The notes under the pieces are model-generated. The model was not told the DNA's origin, did not search any database, and worked only from the letters and a program-made list of their open reading frames with translations. A DNA stretch of 64,000 bases, from positions 930,001 through 994,000 of the forward strand of contig CP142727.1 in the NCBI GenBank assembly GCA_036630325.1. The letters run 5' to 3'. Both the position numbers and the translations under genes were made by a program. The first letter of the stretch is position 1; the number at the start of each line of letters is the position of its first letter. This DNA comes from Vairimorpha necatrix (lineage: Eukaryota). Positions 25,601-37,917 of the stretch are shown here, one piece after another.

Positions 25601-27828
25601 TACTTTGTATTTAAATATTTTTGCAAAATGTCTAGAAAGACACCGACGAGAAGGCTAGAGAATTTTTTTTATCGTTGTAGACTGTATTATTTCTACAACC
25701 TATCAATTTTTGCCTGCTTAAAAAATGAATTTTCTAGAAAATTATTTGTTTTTTTAATTTTTCATAAAAATAAGGGCGGACAACAAGAGAACAAAATGAG
25801 GTGATTAGACGAAAAACACGCAAAAAGCCAACGCTTAAAGTAATAAAAACACTAAAAGGTAATATTCTCTCGTGAAAAAGGTTTCCAAGGTACCGCATTT
25901 TCCTACAAGATAACTTTTTGCAAAAGGAAGAAGTTTTGGTAAATCAACAACAAGGATTAGTGATAAAAAAATCTGTCTCAAAAAAAGAATAACTTAATAT
26001 TTAAATTTTTTAAAGAAAAAAGATGACAAAACAAAAACAACAAACATAGAACTTATCAATATAAACAAAGAAAATGCGACAGTTGATGAAGCAAAAGAAT
26101 TAATCGACGAGAAAAAAAATTAATTGTCGATACAATAAAAACAATCTACTCAATATTACTAACTTTTACAAAAATAAAATTCTATTAAACACTTCAATAA
26201 ACAAGCTGATAAAATCTTACAAAGAATATGCCTATGATTCAGAAATTATAGGTCATATTCATGGAATCCTCATAGACAATCTCTATGAAGAAGAATCAAA
26301 TACAGGTTTATCTGGTATTATCACGAAAAAAAGAATTTGATAGAATATAACGAAAGTACATTACACACCACGTCTATCCCAATGAACATTAATGGATATT
26401 CACATTAATAATGTCATGCTAAAAATTGGAACTTTGATTTTTCCTCGTCATAACGAGAAATAATACAAGGGGCAAATTTTTTATGAATATTTATATTCAT
26501 TAAATTAAATGTCAAAAAAATCGTTTTTTTCGAACATCTCAATTTGTAACAAAAATCTACAAAAACATTTATCTCTATATTTAGCTGCTTTTTCTATTGT
26601 TTTTTCCATACCTGTCAAATTTTTGTTTGTTTGTGTGTATATAAATCAAAAATTGACATTTAATTTAATGTATTAGAGAAATATTATTGAGTACTAGAGC
26701 AGTATAGTAATATAAAACGAATACAACTAAAGTGAAATTTAAAATATACAGACAAAGGAAGATATTTCTAAAATACTAATGTGATGTACGTAGATTCAAA
26801 TATGATAGAGTTTAGAGTTTAAGAATGAACAAGTAGCAACCGAGAGAAAATTTTTACAAATCTTTAGCAAATCTCAGCACATTATAACGAATACTTTTTT
26901 GCACTTATTCTTGTTTTTTGTTTGAGATGAAGAATTAAAATATGAAGATACTCTACGTTGATCAATGTGATACTCTTAAATGTATTTGCGATGTAATTGC
27001 CAGCACAAAATGTATAGATGTCAAAAAAATCACATGCCAAATATTTCCGCGATGACGAGACAACACGCCAACAAACAAATAAACAAAAGAATACTTTAGA
27101 AACATGCTATAAATAGAAAGATATGAACAGTTAATAAATTATTAAACTAATAGTAATATCTAAAATCAAATATAAAAATAAGTTTTTAATAAGAGGATGA
27201 AATTCAGGAGAAAATAAGAAGCCGACACAATAATGATTTTTTATTTGGTATTTTATAGAGCTATTATGTAAACTGTAATTTTTGTTTGTACAGATGAGAA
27301 TACTAAATCACGTAAGTAATTTTTAATTCTTTAAAAACAATATAATAAGTGGTAAATATTATATTTTATTTTTAAATCTTTTTTATTTATAATTTCAATA
27401 AAGGTCTGTAAAACAATTGGATTTTTTTATTATGTGACTTGAATTACTATATTGATGCAAGAAGTCATTATTTTCTATTACTTATTATCTATGACAACAA
27501 TACACCAATAAGATGCTGAGGAGAAGGATTTGCCATAGATTTAAATCTATTATGTAAAGTTCAACTTCAAAAAAGAGATGATGATAATAAAAGGCTATTG
27601 TAATCTTTGGACATACACACTAAAATATTTCATTTCTAAAGTTCCAATAAAGTCAAAGCGAGCTTTCATTGTGAACGAAACTAGGGACGTCAATACTAAA
27701 AACATTAAAATGATTTAAAATCATTACATTCATTATTATTCCTTCATTGTATCTTTTATTCTTCATGTATTTAATATATTTTTGTTTATTGTATTGTGAA
27801 ATGGAAAATAAAAAACATACAATGTTTA

Positions 27829-28666
27829 GGGTGAAAGATACCACAGTACCCCCCATTTGAGGGTGTTTACTTTATTTTTTCGAACCCCAAAAACGAAGTG
27901 CAAAGTAAAGGAGGAGCAGGAAGGGGACAAAAATTACTAAGCACTTACGACATTAAAAATAACAAATAAATATATTTTTATGTACAGAATCATATTTTAA
28001 TACAAGTTTTAATAATTATTTTAAGTATTGTGTCTTTTTTGTCCTTCTTATATTTTCAATTTTTTTTTAATTTTTGGTTTATTATAAAAGGAGATTTTCT
28101 TCAAAAATCTACTTTTATGATAAACCAAAAATTAAAATTATAATATTATTTATTTAAGAAAATTTTAATAAATGTTCAACGATCTATAAAGATTGTTAAA
28201 TCAAAAAATTTAATTTAAAATTTGAAAAGTTAATTAGAAATATACTTTTATGATTATATTCTTTTTTTAAATTGAATTTCGTACACAAGAGTATATTTAT
28301 TTGGTGTTTTTTATATTTAAAGATGCAAGTAATTTGAGTGCTAATGATCGCTTCTCCTTTATTTTGCACTTTGTTTTGGGGGTTCGAAAAAATAAAGTGA
28401 ACACCCTTAGAGGGGGTGGGGTGTTGGTCCCCAATTCTAATAAATCAGAAGGGTAAAAAATGCTTGTTAATTTATATAAGTGTAAAAACTTGTATTAAAA
28501 TATGATTCTGTACATAAAATATATTTATTTGTTATTTTTAATGTCGTAAGTGCTTAGTAATTTTTGTCCCCTTCCTGCTCCTCCTTTACTTTGCACTTCG
28601 TTTTTGGGGTTCGAAAAAATAAAGTAAACACCCTCAAATGGGGGGTACTGTGGTACCTCACCTCCC
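27829..28666. mobile_element. Merlin-family MITE with ~180-bp TIRs
   Basis: Near-perfect long TIRs; TSD AATGTTTA / GATGTTTA; empty site in copy B at ~53907-53914. Confidence 0.92.
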
Positions 28667-29682
28667 GATGTTTACACAATGAATGACTATATGGGGAATA
28701 CGATATGTCAAAAAGACAAAAATGTAATAACTATGTGAATAATGAAATTTGTATTTAGAATATTAGTTTATTATTGTTTAAAAAATATCTTGTTAAAAAT
28801 AAAGTAATACTACCAAAAAGAACGAAAAGGTACTATTTTCTTACATAAATTTTTCTAAAAATCTTAAAAATAATTAAAGAGGCCAATTGATAGAGTAACA
28901 TCAAAATAATAATTAACAGGGAAAAACTATTATGAAGTTCATAAATTTTAGAAAATATGTTAACATCCAAAAAATACATCCAATAATGTAAAAACATAGA
29001 TACATGAAAATATAATAGAATAAATATTTAAATTTGAAAAATACAAAAGTATAAAAACATGGCGCAACAATCTAGGCACTTTTTTCTTCATTTTGAGGGC
29101 CTTCGTAGAGAGAGACGAGAAAAATAATAAAGGCATTTCATTCCATGAAGACTTTGATAATTTCAAATATTAACTCTCCGAAACTCTCAATGTTTTTATT
29201 ATCGCTTCTATTCTTCTGCTTCTAAATTATTTATAGAAAGACAGGATAATACTTTCTTTAAATCCCATGCAGTTATAATGTCACATTAAAGAGGAACCAG
29301 GTCTTTCTATTAGTTTTGTATCCTCTACTACTTTGTTTTTAAACCCTTCATTGTGAATTACTACGTTTGATCGCCATTGATAGATCCGACTACTAAGGAC
29401 AGTATTTCTTTGCATAGTTATACAAATCGTTTTTTCCAAAACCGAAGTCATGGTCCTATAGTCCCGCGCCTATGTACTATTTCGATTCTTAATTCTAACG
29501 TTTGTTCGTTTTTCTTACCAATCATATACATTTTTCTATCTGCGTCGTTTTTTACCCGACATAGATTATATATAATTTCCCATTAATATAACAGTTTCGT
29601 CGGTCTGTTTCACTTCTTCAACAGCCCTCTATTTTTTTGGTAATTGATATTTTACTTTTCCAGTGCTTTGTATATTTTTTTT

Positions 29683-30211
29683 GGAACATGGGTATTATAC
29701 GACATATTATGTCGTATAATACCCATTAAAAATATTTTTTTCTTTACTCAAAAAACGAGAAACATAACCTCAAGATTGGAACAACTTTTGTCATTAGGAC
29801 CTATGAAGTAGGTCCTTTGATCGAAATTTAAAAAGAAAAAACTTATTTGCATTCTCTTGGCAGTACCTTGTTGTTTTTTAAAATGAAAATGATTTTACAA
29901 GTTAAAGTGTAATTCATATTTATTTTAAAATAATTTTCTTAAGATCATGTGCATAATACCACATATTATGTCGTATTATACACATGATCAAAAAAAATAA
30001 GTATTACAATATTATCTGGATGAAATTATGTTTAAAGATAAATATAGAAGCTGAACTCTAACTAAAATACTTGGGTTACTGTTTGTTTTTGAATAAAAAA
30101 ATCAATATTTTATCTTTTACTTTATATCTAAATCTGCGAAAATTTTATTTTTTTTGGATATGTCGTATTATGCCCACTGGGGGGTCATATGTCGTATTAT
30201 ACACCTGATCC
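29683..30211. mobile_element. MITE built from palindromic TIR modules
   Basis: GG...CC ends, T8 TSD on both sides; empty site with a single T8 at 54918-54925. TIR related to the Merlins at 33143 and 57221. Confidence 0.88.
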
Positions 30212-32424
30212 TTTTTTTTAGCCCTGTAAACAAGTAAATCTAACATTGGGGAATTTTTGTTAAAGTTTAGTGTAGACCGCTTTACAGTAAATTAAGGCAA
30301 AACATAACAACTATTTATGCATAGATTCTGCGGTGTAAAAAATGAAGTATTATCGAAAACTTTTAGTGGTGGTCCGCGTTCTGCCTTTGGCACTAACCCA
30401 AACCTGTGACAGTCTATGTAAAATCGTTTAGTGTTAAAACCATTATCGTGAGACAATTCGTATATTTTATAGGGATTTTTATAAAATTTTCCTCTACTAG
30501 CCCTATACCACCATGTGGGCCTTAAAGAATTTTACCCTACTGTCGAACGGCTTAGGCATAACAAAGGGTAAGTCTTTTTTTCAAGTAAAGATAGAGTAAA
30601 CCTTACACAAGGACCACAGAGATTAGGGCGATGATTTTATTTAACTTGTATTGTGAGATTCTAATCTACTAAACCTCTCTAAATATAACAAACTGAAGCG
30701 GCCAGTTCCGACCGTATTCATTTGACAGGGACCAGAAGAATTCTCTTTATTTATACCTCAAATTGCGTCCAGAAACCCCTTACATCTGAAATGCTTAACG
30801 GGCATGGTCATTTGAAATGCTATACGGGCATGGTCATCTGAAATCCGATAAGAGACATAATCGTACTAACTCAAAGAGTTCAGCAATCTAATATACTGTG
30901 CACATTTCATTTTTTACCACCTTTTGAATGTATGATTAATTCACTCGTCGTGTAATAAAACGTTGTAGGATATGTTTCACGAGACATTATAGGACCATAC
31001 TGCGCCTAGTCTCTCAATTAGTTCGAACCCCCGACTCTTAACACCAGCTTCGGCTCTGAATACGCGTTGAAACATCGGATACTTTCATGTATCACTGTCA
31101 CCACAAAGACGATACTTTTCGGCCCTGAGAGCATCTTACACTAATGCCTATCCTATTATTGCAGGACGCGCACAAATTTTATTTAATTAAATTTATGATT
31201 ACTGTGGACATAATCGTCGGTTGTAAACAAGTATGCCATCGTATTATATAATATCTGAACCAATAGCTATTAAAACCGAATTTTGAAGCGAACAAACTGC
31301 ATCAGGAAAACACCACAGACTACAAACTGAAAATTTTAATAAAATGATGCATAATAGATCTTTTAAATACACCATACAGATATTTAACTCTTTAAAAAAA
31401 AATTGTATGACATTAAAAACTTTCTAGAATTTTACTAAAATTTATAATTTCTTTAGTTTTAAGGAAACCCCCTTAAAATAGAAAATGAAAGAAAATTACA
31501 AAATCAAAAAGAGAGATCTATTGATATGTAAGGCATCAAAAATAAACTATTGAAGCTATCATAAACTTACAACCGCATAAAAATCAACCGGGAATTTTTT
31601 CATAAAATGGTCTTGTTATGTAAAAATTGTAATGGAAGTATAAGCATTAATAGTATACCAAATGATATGTGCAAATAAAGAAAACAATAATTGAGAAGCA
31701 AGTTTCACAAATTAAAATACTATTTATGAATGAAAACATACAATTTAGCCGCAAAAACAAAAACTTCAAATGAAATTGTGAATCTATATTATAGCTTGAT
31801 GATTAAGACAAACAATTACTTCAAAGCTTACTTAATAAAAAAAGAAGAAATTAAAAAAAATAAAAGATGTAACATAGAGTTAAAGAAAAGCTAAAAACTA
31901 TGACATACCAAACGAGTAATTAAAGACAAGATCTGATCTTAAAATTATCAACTGTGATAATTTTTTTGTACTGAAAAAGGAATGGTAGCACGCTGGACTG
32001 ATAAAAATGCGAACACCCTCAAGAATAAACCCGTCTTTTCAATTTATAGGACATTAAATTGTCTTCTCTGGCCTTTTGAGTTTTCGTAGTATTTTTTATG
32101 TATGAATATAATATAATTCCTTTTGCTTATTTTCTGTTACTAAGATAAAAAAATACAAAACATATATTGAATATTTTCAACTACTATTTGCTTTGGCAAA
32201 TATTAGAAAAGAGATAGTATGTTACTGTACACAAAGCATTGCATAGCGTTTATTAAGACACCAGAGTAAGATTTTGTGCATTTCATTATTCACAGTTTAT
32301 TTTTAATGCACAAATCAATAAGATTTTTTAACTTATACAAGGAAGAAACGAATTTAAGATTTTACATAAAATATTTGCTTTGTATGATATTCACTAGTAA
32401 AGGATAAAGATATTTTAAACGCTA

Positions 32425-33012
32425 TAGACGTATGGTCTATCCCATGCCGAAAGAATTAGAAATCATTCAGTCCAGGCATGTGTAGCTAATGAGTATGTTG
32501 AGATACGAGTCGACGGTAGGATACATTCAAGTATTAAAATAAAGTATAACAAGCCTGATATACTAATTGTAGACAAGTTGAGGAAAGAAGTGATCGTTGT
32601 AGAAGTTGGAATCACAAGTTTTAACAACCTCCATGCAGTAAAAACAGAAAAGAAACATAAATACGACTTGCTCGCAAAACATGTGGCTTCTCTCTATAAG
32701 TACAATCCGAAAATTATTCCTTATGTGATGACGTGGTATGGAATAGTAACTAATTTTCACCGTACGCATATCAAAGTGCTCAGATTAGAACCCAGAACGG
32801 AAGCATATATACAGTCAAGAATCCTTAAAATGACTTTAGAAAGCCGCACTATGTCAGCCAGACATGGGCTTGATACAGATCAGGAAGGGGTCTTCGAGAG
32901 CCCAATGAGTGAATCTCAGAAGGAAGTCCTAGACAGCCAGATGAGACTGTATGCGTATCTTGTGAAAAGTAATTAATAAGCCAAATATTATACCCAAATA
33001 AATTATATATTC
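32425..33012 (+). mobile_element. 5'-truncated R4-like insertion
   Basis: KPDILIVDKLRKEVIVVEVGITS..KYDLLA..VMTWYG. 12-bp TSD TTTTAAACGCTA; empty site in copy B at ~57090-57101. Confidence 0.88.
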
Positions 33013-33142
33013 TTTTAAACGCTAAGATATTTAGTTGGATTAATATGCAGAGTTATAGTATATCTAATTAAAGAATTTCTTTAACTACAATATAACAAAA
33101 CTTAAACATTAGCTTTTTTTGTTTTAATGATATAGTAGGTAG

Positions 33143-35448
33143 AGATCATGGGAATTATACGACAAATTTTGTCGTATAATACCCACTAAAATCAATTTTT
33201 ATTTTGTCCCTAAAAATTGAAAATAGAACTTCAAGATTGGCACTTATCTAAACATTAGAAGCTTGAAAAAGAAACTGTAATTGAGATTTTAAGAAAAACT
33301 TATTTATTAATTGTTTAAGGTGTAAAAGTAATGTCATAAAGGCTGAAGATTCCCTCCCCCTCCCCCTCAGAGGGTGAAACTTAATTTTTACGAACCCCAA
33401 AATTGAAGTTCAAAAAAAGGAGACAAAAATTCCTAACAACTTTAAAATATTAAAAATATAAAATAAATATATTTTTAAATACATAATTTAATTTTAGTTT
33501 CATTTTTTAGTCAAAAGTCATTTTAATGTTATTTTCAACGTATTTTTAGGATTATTTCTTTTAAAAACAAATAAGTTTAACCAAGGTGTAATATGTATTT
33601 AGGTCCTATATCTAACTGGGCTTCCCAATTTAACAGCTGCCCACGTGTCTTCGATGTGGTTAGTGTGTACACCTGTCGTCAAATCTACAAAACCAATGAA
33701 GTGGTTTACAGTAAAATGTCTGTATATGCCAAACTTGGAAAGGTTTGCGTATCCTTTCCAACAATCTGTATATATAATGCTTTCTGCTAAAATATATTTG
33801 AGAATTACACTTTCTAATTTAATTGCCTTTTTATTGTCTACTTCTATAACAACATTTTTCTATGTGTGGTCCTTTCAACCATCCCAAGAACCCATGCTCC
33901 ATCGACTTTATGTCCTCTTTGAATATTTCTTTTACCGAACTTAGATTCGTCTATTTAACTATGATGTCTGGCCCACCAATCATTTCATTGCTTTTATGGT
34001 CTTTTGTAATGTTTTTTTAATGTTCTATATACCACCTTTTTACTTATTGATAATATTTAAATTATCGTTTTAGCAGGAGTATTATTTATAAATAGAAACA
34101 TTGCTTGGCTAGTTTGTAACCAACTTAATTTTGTTCGAAAAAAGGTTTTTTATATATTAAAGGCATTTCAAACCTACATCTTTTTTTACTACATCTTAGA
34201 AGATTTTGGTAAACCTTTGTCTTTTTCAAAGTTCCACTACATTTTGGACAAAATCTCCCTAATATGCATGAATCTATGCATCTAAGCATGCTTTCTTTTA
34301 AGTCTTATAATTTTCTTCTGACATTTATTTAAGAGTAGGGGCAAATAAACAAAATATAAAGTAAACTATGAAAAAATTTATAGGCTCACAAATCAAGTAT
34401 TAATAAAGATGAGGTGTTTCCTTTGGGCTAAAATTGAATTTTTGTATTCAAATATATATTTATTTTATATTTTTAAAATTTAAAGTTGTCAGGAATTTTT
34501 GTCTCCTTTTTGCTCCTCCTTTTTTTGAACTTCAATTTTGGGGTTCGAAAAAATAAAGTAAACACCCTCTGAGGTGTTTCGGATCCCTCCTCCGTCATAA
34601 ATGCATAATCGACAAGTTTAAGATACATGTAACATCTTAAAGAACCCAAAATTATAAACATTTTAAATGTTTAAAAGCCTTTTCTACTTTTTATACGCAC
34701 CAACTCTTTTTTACGATTGAAATTTAGTTCATCTGACGTCTGTACCTTATAATTATGTGGTTGAAAAATAAAAATATAATGTCAGATTATAATAGTCATT
34801 CTATCGACTGCGAAAACTGTTTCTAAAATAAAGTCTAATAACGAAAATAATTGCATAACACTTTTATTTAACTCTGTTCTGTCAAGATAATGGAATTGTA
34901 TGACATGTAAGCTAATCATTATTTCGCTACAAGCAGAAATGTCATAATAGTAATGTTTCAAATAATAAAGTGTAGTATGCGGTATCGTTGATACAACTTC
35001 ATAGCTGCAAAAAGTATCAAATGTCTTAACTAATAGATCTGAAGAAAATCTGTTACCTATTATTAAAAATTTTTGTAAAGATTGGACTATTATACACAGC
35101 GATGAATGGGTTGCCTACAATATAAAATACAATAAACATTAGGCTATAAACATCAATAATAAAAAATTCTCTTAATTTTGTATATTTTGACACGGTAGTA
35201 AATACTCAACATGCATAATCGGGCTAGGCTAAGCAAAAATTAACATTAAAGAATGAAAGGCATAAAGAAATATGTATTGCAAAATTATTTTGCAGAAATT
35301 ATGTTTAAAGATAGATATAGGAGCTGCGATTTAAGATTTTTTCTAGAATTAGTGTTCATTATATAAAATCTCTTGATTTTATTTTCTTTTTTTATCTTAG
35401 TCTGCCAAATCTTTATATTTTTATTATTTCGTATATTATCCATGATTC
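33143..35448 (+). mobile_element. Degenerate Merlin hosting a second Merlin
   Basis: TIR GATCATGGGAATTATACGA; NLLPIIK..WTIIHSDEWVAY; uninterrupted counterpart at 57221-58273. Confidence 0.68.
33341..34593 (-). mobile_element. Degenerate Merlin/ISXO2-type transposon
   Basis: TIRs, perfect 8-bp TSD GTCATAAA, IGGPDIIVK*TN / DESKFG-like motif; absent from copy B (~57413-57420). Confidence 0.9.
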
Positions 35449-35892
35449 AAAGATAAAATAATAACGGGAACACAATTTACAAATTATGTTGTAGAAGATT
35501 TTAATTCTGCATTAAAAAGACAATTGAAATTACTACATCCAAGTTTAACTAAATTTCTTATGTGTTAAAAATCTCGATTTTTAGACGAAATTTACAAATA
35601 CAATACCAATTATCAGAAAATAATCTTCTAAAAAACAATAAATGTCTTTTTTATCATAATGGGTTAGAGATTATACAAATATACCACATCTCTTCTCAAG
35701 ATGGTTAGTCGCATCAAATTTCCACATCTATCTCATTCATACTCTTCAGATCATAATGTCTCTCTTCAATAGCCTACTAATACTAAATTTTACTACATAA
35801 GAAATTTTCCCACACTACGCAAATTTCCCTATGTCCAAAAATCTTTCTTCCTCATACTTATTAACTCATGCCAAAATTTCTCGTTTAGCTAT

Positions 35893-36157
35893 TGTGATAT
35901 TATGAACATCATCTGTCAAAGGTCTAATCGATGACGAATCAATGTGCCAATAAACAAACAAAAGAATACCTTGGCAAAGGGGTTATAAATGAAAAAGCAT
36001 TACTTTTAGTAAAATTGCTAAACAATTCTTATATTAAAAATAAAAAATAAAAAAAACTTTGTCTTTAAAAGGTATGGAACATCAAAAAAAAACAAGAACA
36101 TTAACAACATTTTAGAAAGCTATTTTAAATATAGCAAAGTCCCAACCATACAGGACA
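35893..36157. mobile_element. Solo LTR in the integrase tail
   Basis: TG...CA with 5-bp TSD GCTAT; also present in copy B at 58719-59027. Confidence 0.75.
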
Positions 36158-37917
36158 GCTATTCTTACAATTAACTTTTACTAATTTCTTTGATCTTTTA
36201 TTTTCTAAACCTAAGGTAATATTTTCCTATAGGGCTATTTCCAGGCATTACGCCTCCAGTTTTATCTTCGGTCGCTTCTTTTGGTGTACATTTTAGTACT
36301 GTATGATAGCTCCGATTATATATATCGATACTTTTATGCAGTTTTCTTCAAAAGTTCCCGAATCCGACCTTAAAATATTTTCCCTCAAAGTTTCTATAGC
36401 GCGCTTTACTCTTTCGTTGCTTCTATTCTCTTTTATACCTTCTTGTCGGTGTATTATATTTAGAACTCTACAAAATTTTCTAAATTCCACGCTAATAGAG
36501 TCTTTACCGTTATCTGTAATAATTTCTTCTTGTTTAATTCTTCCTCACATAATTTTCTCAAAAAATCCAACAATTTTATTACTTAACTTGGTATTTATAA
36601 CTATTCCCCATACTCTACGTGTTAAATAATTAATAGCAACTAAAACATATTTCTTCTCATTTCTAAAGTCTATCAAGTCAAATGCAACCCTCTCTAAATA
36701 TCTCGACGTATCTACAAATTTTAACCATCCATATTTTTTCCTGTTATATATTTGAAATTTCCGGCACTGTTTAATAACCTCGTTTATTTCTTTCTTGACT
36801 CCTGACCAATAGTATTCTTCTCCCATTGCATAATAAACACTTGTCATACATCTGTGGCCTCTTTCTTATGATGTTTTTGAATTAATGTCTTCTAATATTC
36901 GCCGGTGATATTTCAACTTTACGTCCTGAATCAAATTTCTAATATTGCTTTCCATTCATGGCAGAAACATGTACTTTCCATTTACCTTCTATTTACTTGT
37001 CGATCGCTCTTTATTCTTCATTTGTAATATCCTCTGTCAAATTTATTCGGATCAACGCATCTGCTACCACCATCTCATCTGGTTTTTTATATTCAAAGCT
37101 AAAATCATATTTCTGTGTCTTCTTGATTAAGCGATTTTTTATTTAAAAAGGGCTTGTTTCTTATCTCAACCAGTGCTTTGTGATCCGTTTTTATCTTATA
37201 TTCCCTACCTTTTAACTCGTATTAAAACTTATCAATGAACAATATATCGCAAGCATTTCCTTTTCTGATATACCACATCTTACTTCTGTTGTGTTAGCTT
37301 TTTAGATACCCATTGTATAGCAACCCATTCTCCACTCTTATTTTTATATAGTAATACCGCACCTAATCTCAAGTTACTAGCATCTGTTTTTAGGATGAAC
37401 TTTTTATTATAGTCCGGCAATCATAGTCTTCACATTTTTTTATGAACGCTTTTCATTTCATACATTTTTTCATCTATCTCTTTCGTCTATTTCTACGAAT
37501 TTCTATTTTTCTTTCAAACTTTCAGCTATTTTCAACATCAATCCAGCATTTTCTTCCATAAATGGTCTGAACCAGTCAGTAAATCCTCCAAACCTTCCCA
37601 ATACCGTCAAATTTTTGGTTCTGGATACACCAAAGCATTTATTGTTTTGTATTTCGTCGACCTAATATCTGTTCCATCTAACGTCATTTTAATAAATTTA
37701 CTGCCTGCTGTATTAACTGTATTATCCCTTTTTAATTTCATTGATTTCTCTTAATTCTTCCTAAAACCTCTAGTACTAGTTCATCGTGTTGACATTTATT
37801 GTTGGCATGTTTTACTATTCGTCTATGTATACCTAAACAACATTTCCTGACAAATACTCAAAAATCGTTTATCGTTCGCTGTAGTATCTATGGGGAAATT
37901 TTGTATCCCATCACCAT

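Larger units (their letters stand above)
31485..35642 (+). pseudogene. Decayed MULE/Mutator-like transposase, interrupted by an R4 fragment and two Merlins
   Basis: WSC..C near the N-terminus, IPFAYFLL, CAFHYSQ (CxxH), VEDFNSALKRQL..HPSLTKFL. Confidence 0.62.
23481..37669 (+). repeat. Segmental duplication, copy A
   Basis: Colinear with 49609-60543 apart from four A-specific TE insertions. Confidence 0.93.

Noticed and set aside
26967-27229. Possible solo LTR related to 35893-36157
   Set aside because: Partial similarity and TG...CA ends, but no TSD or clear boundary, so not called.
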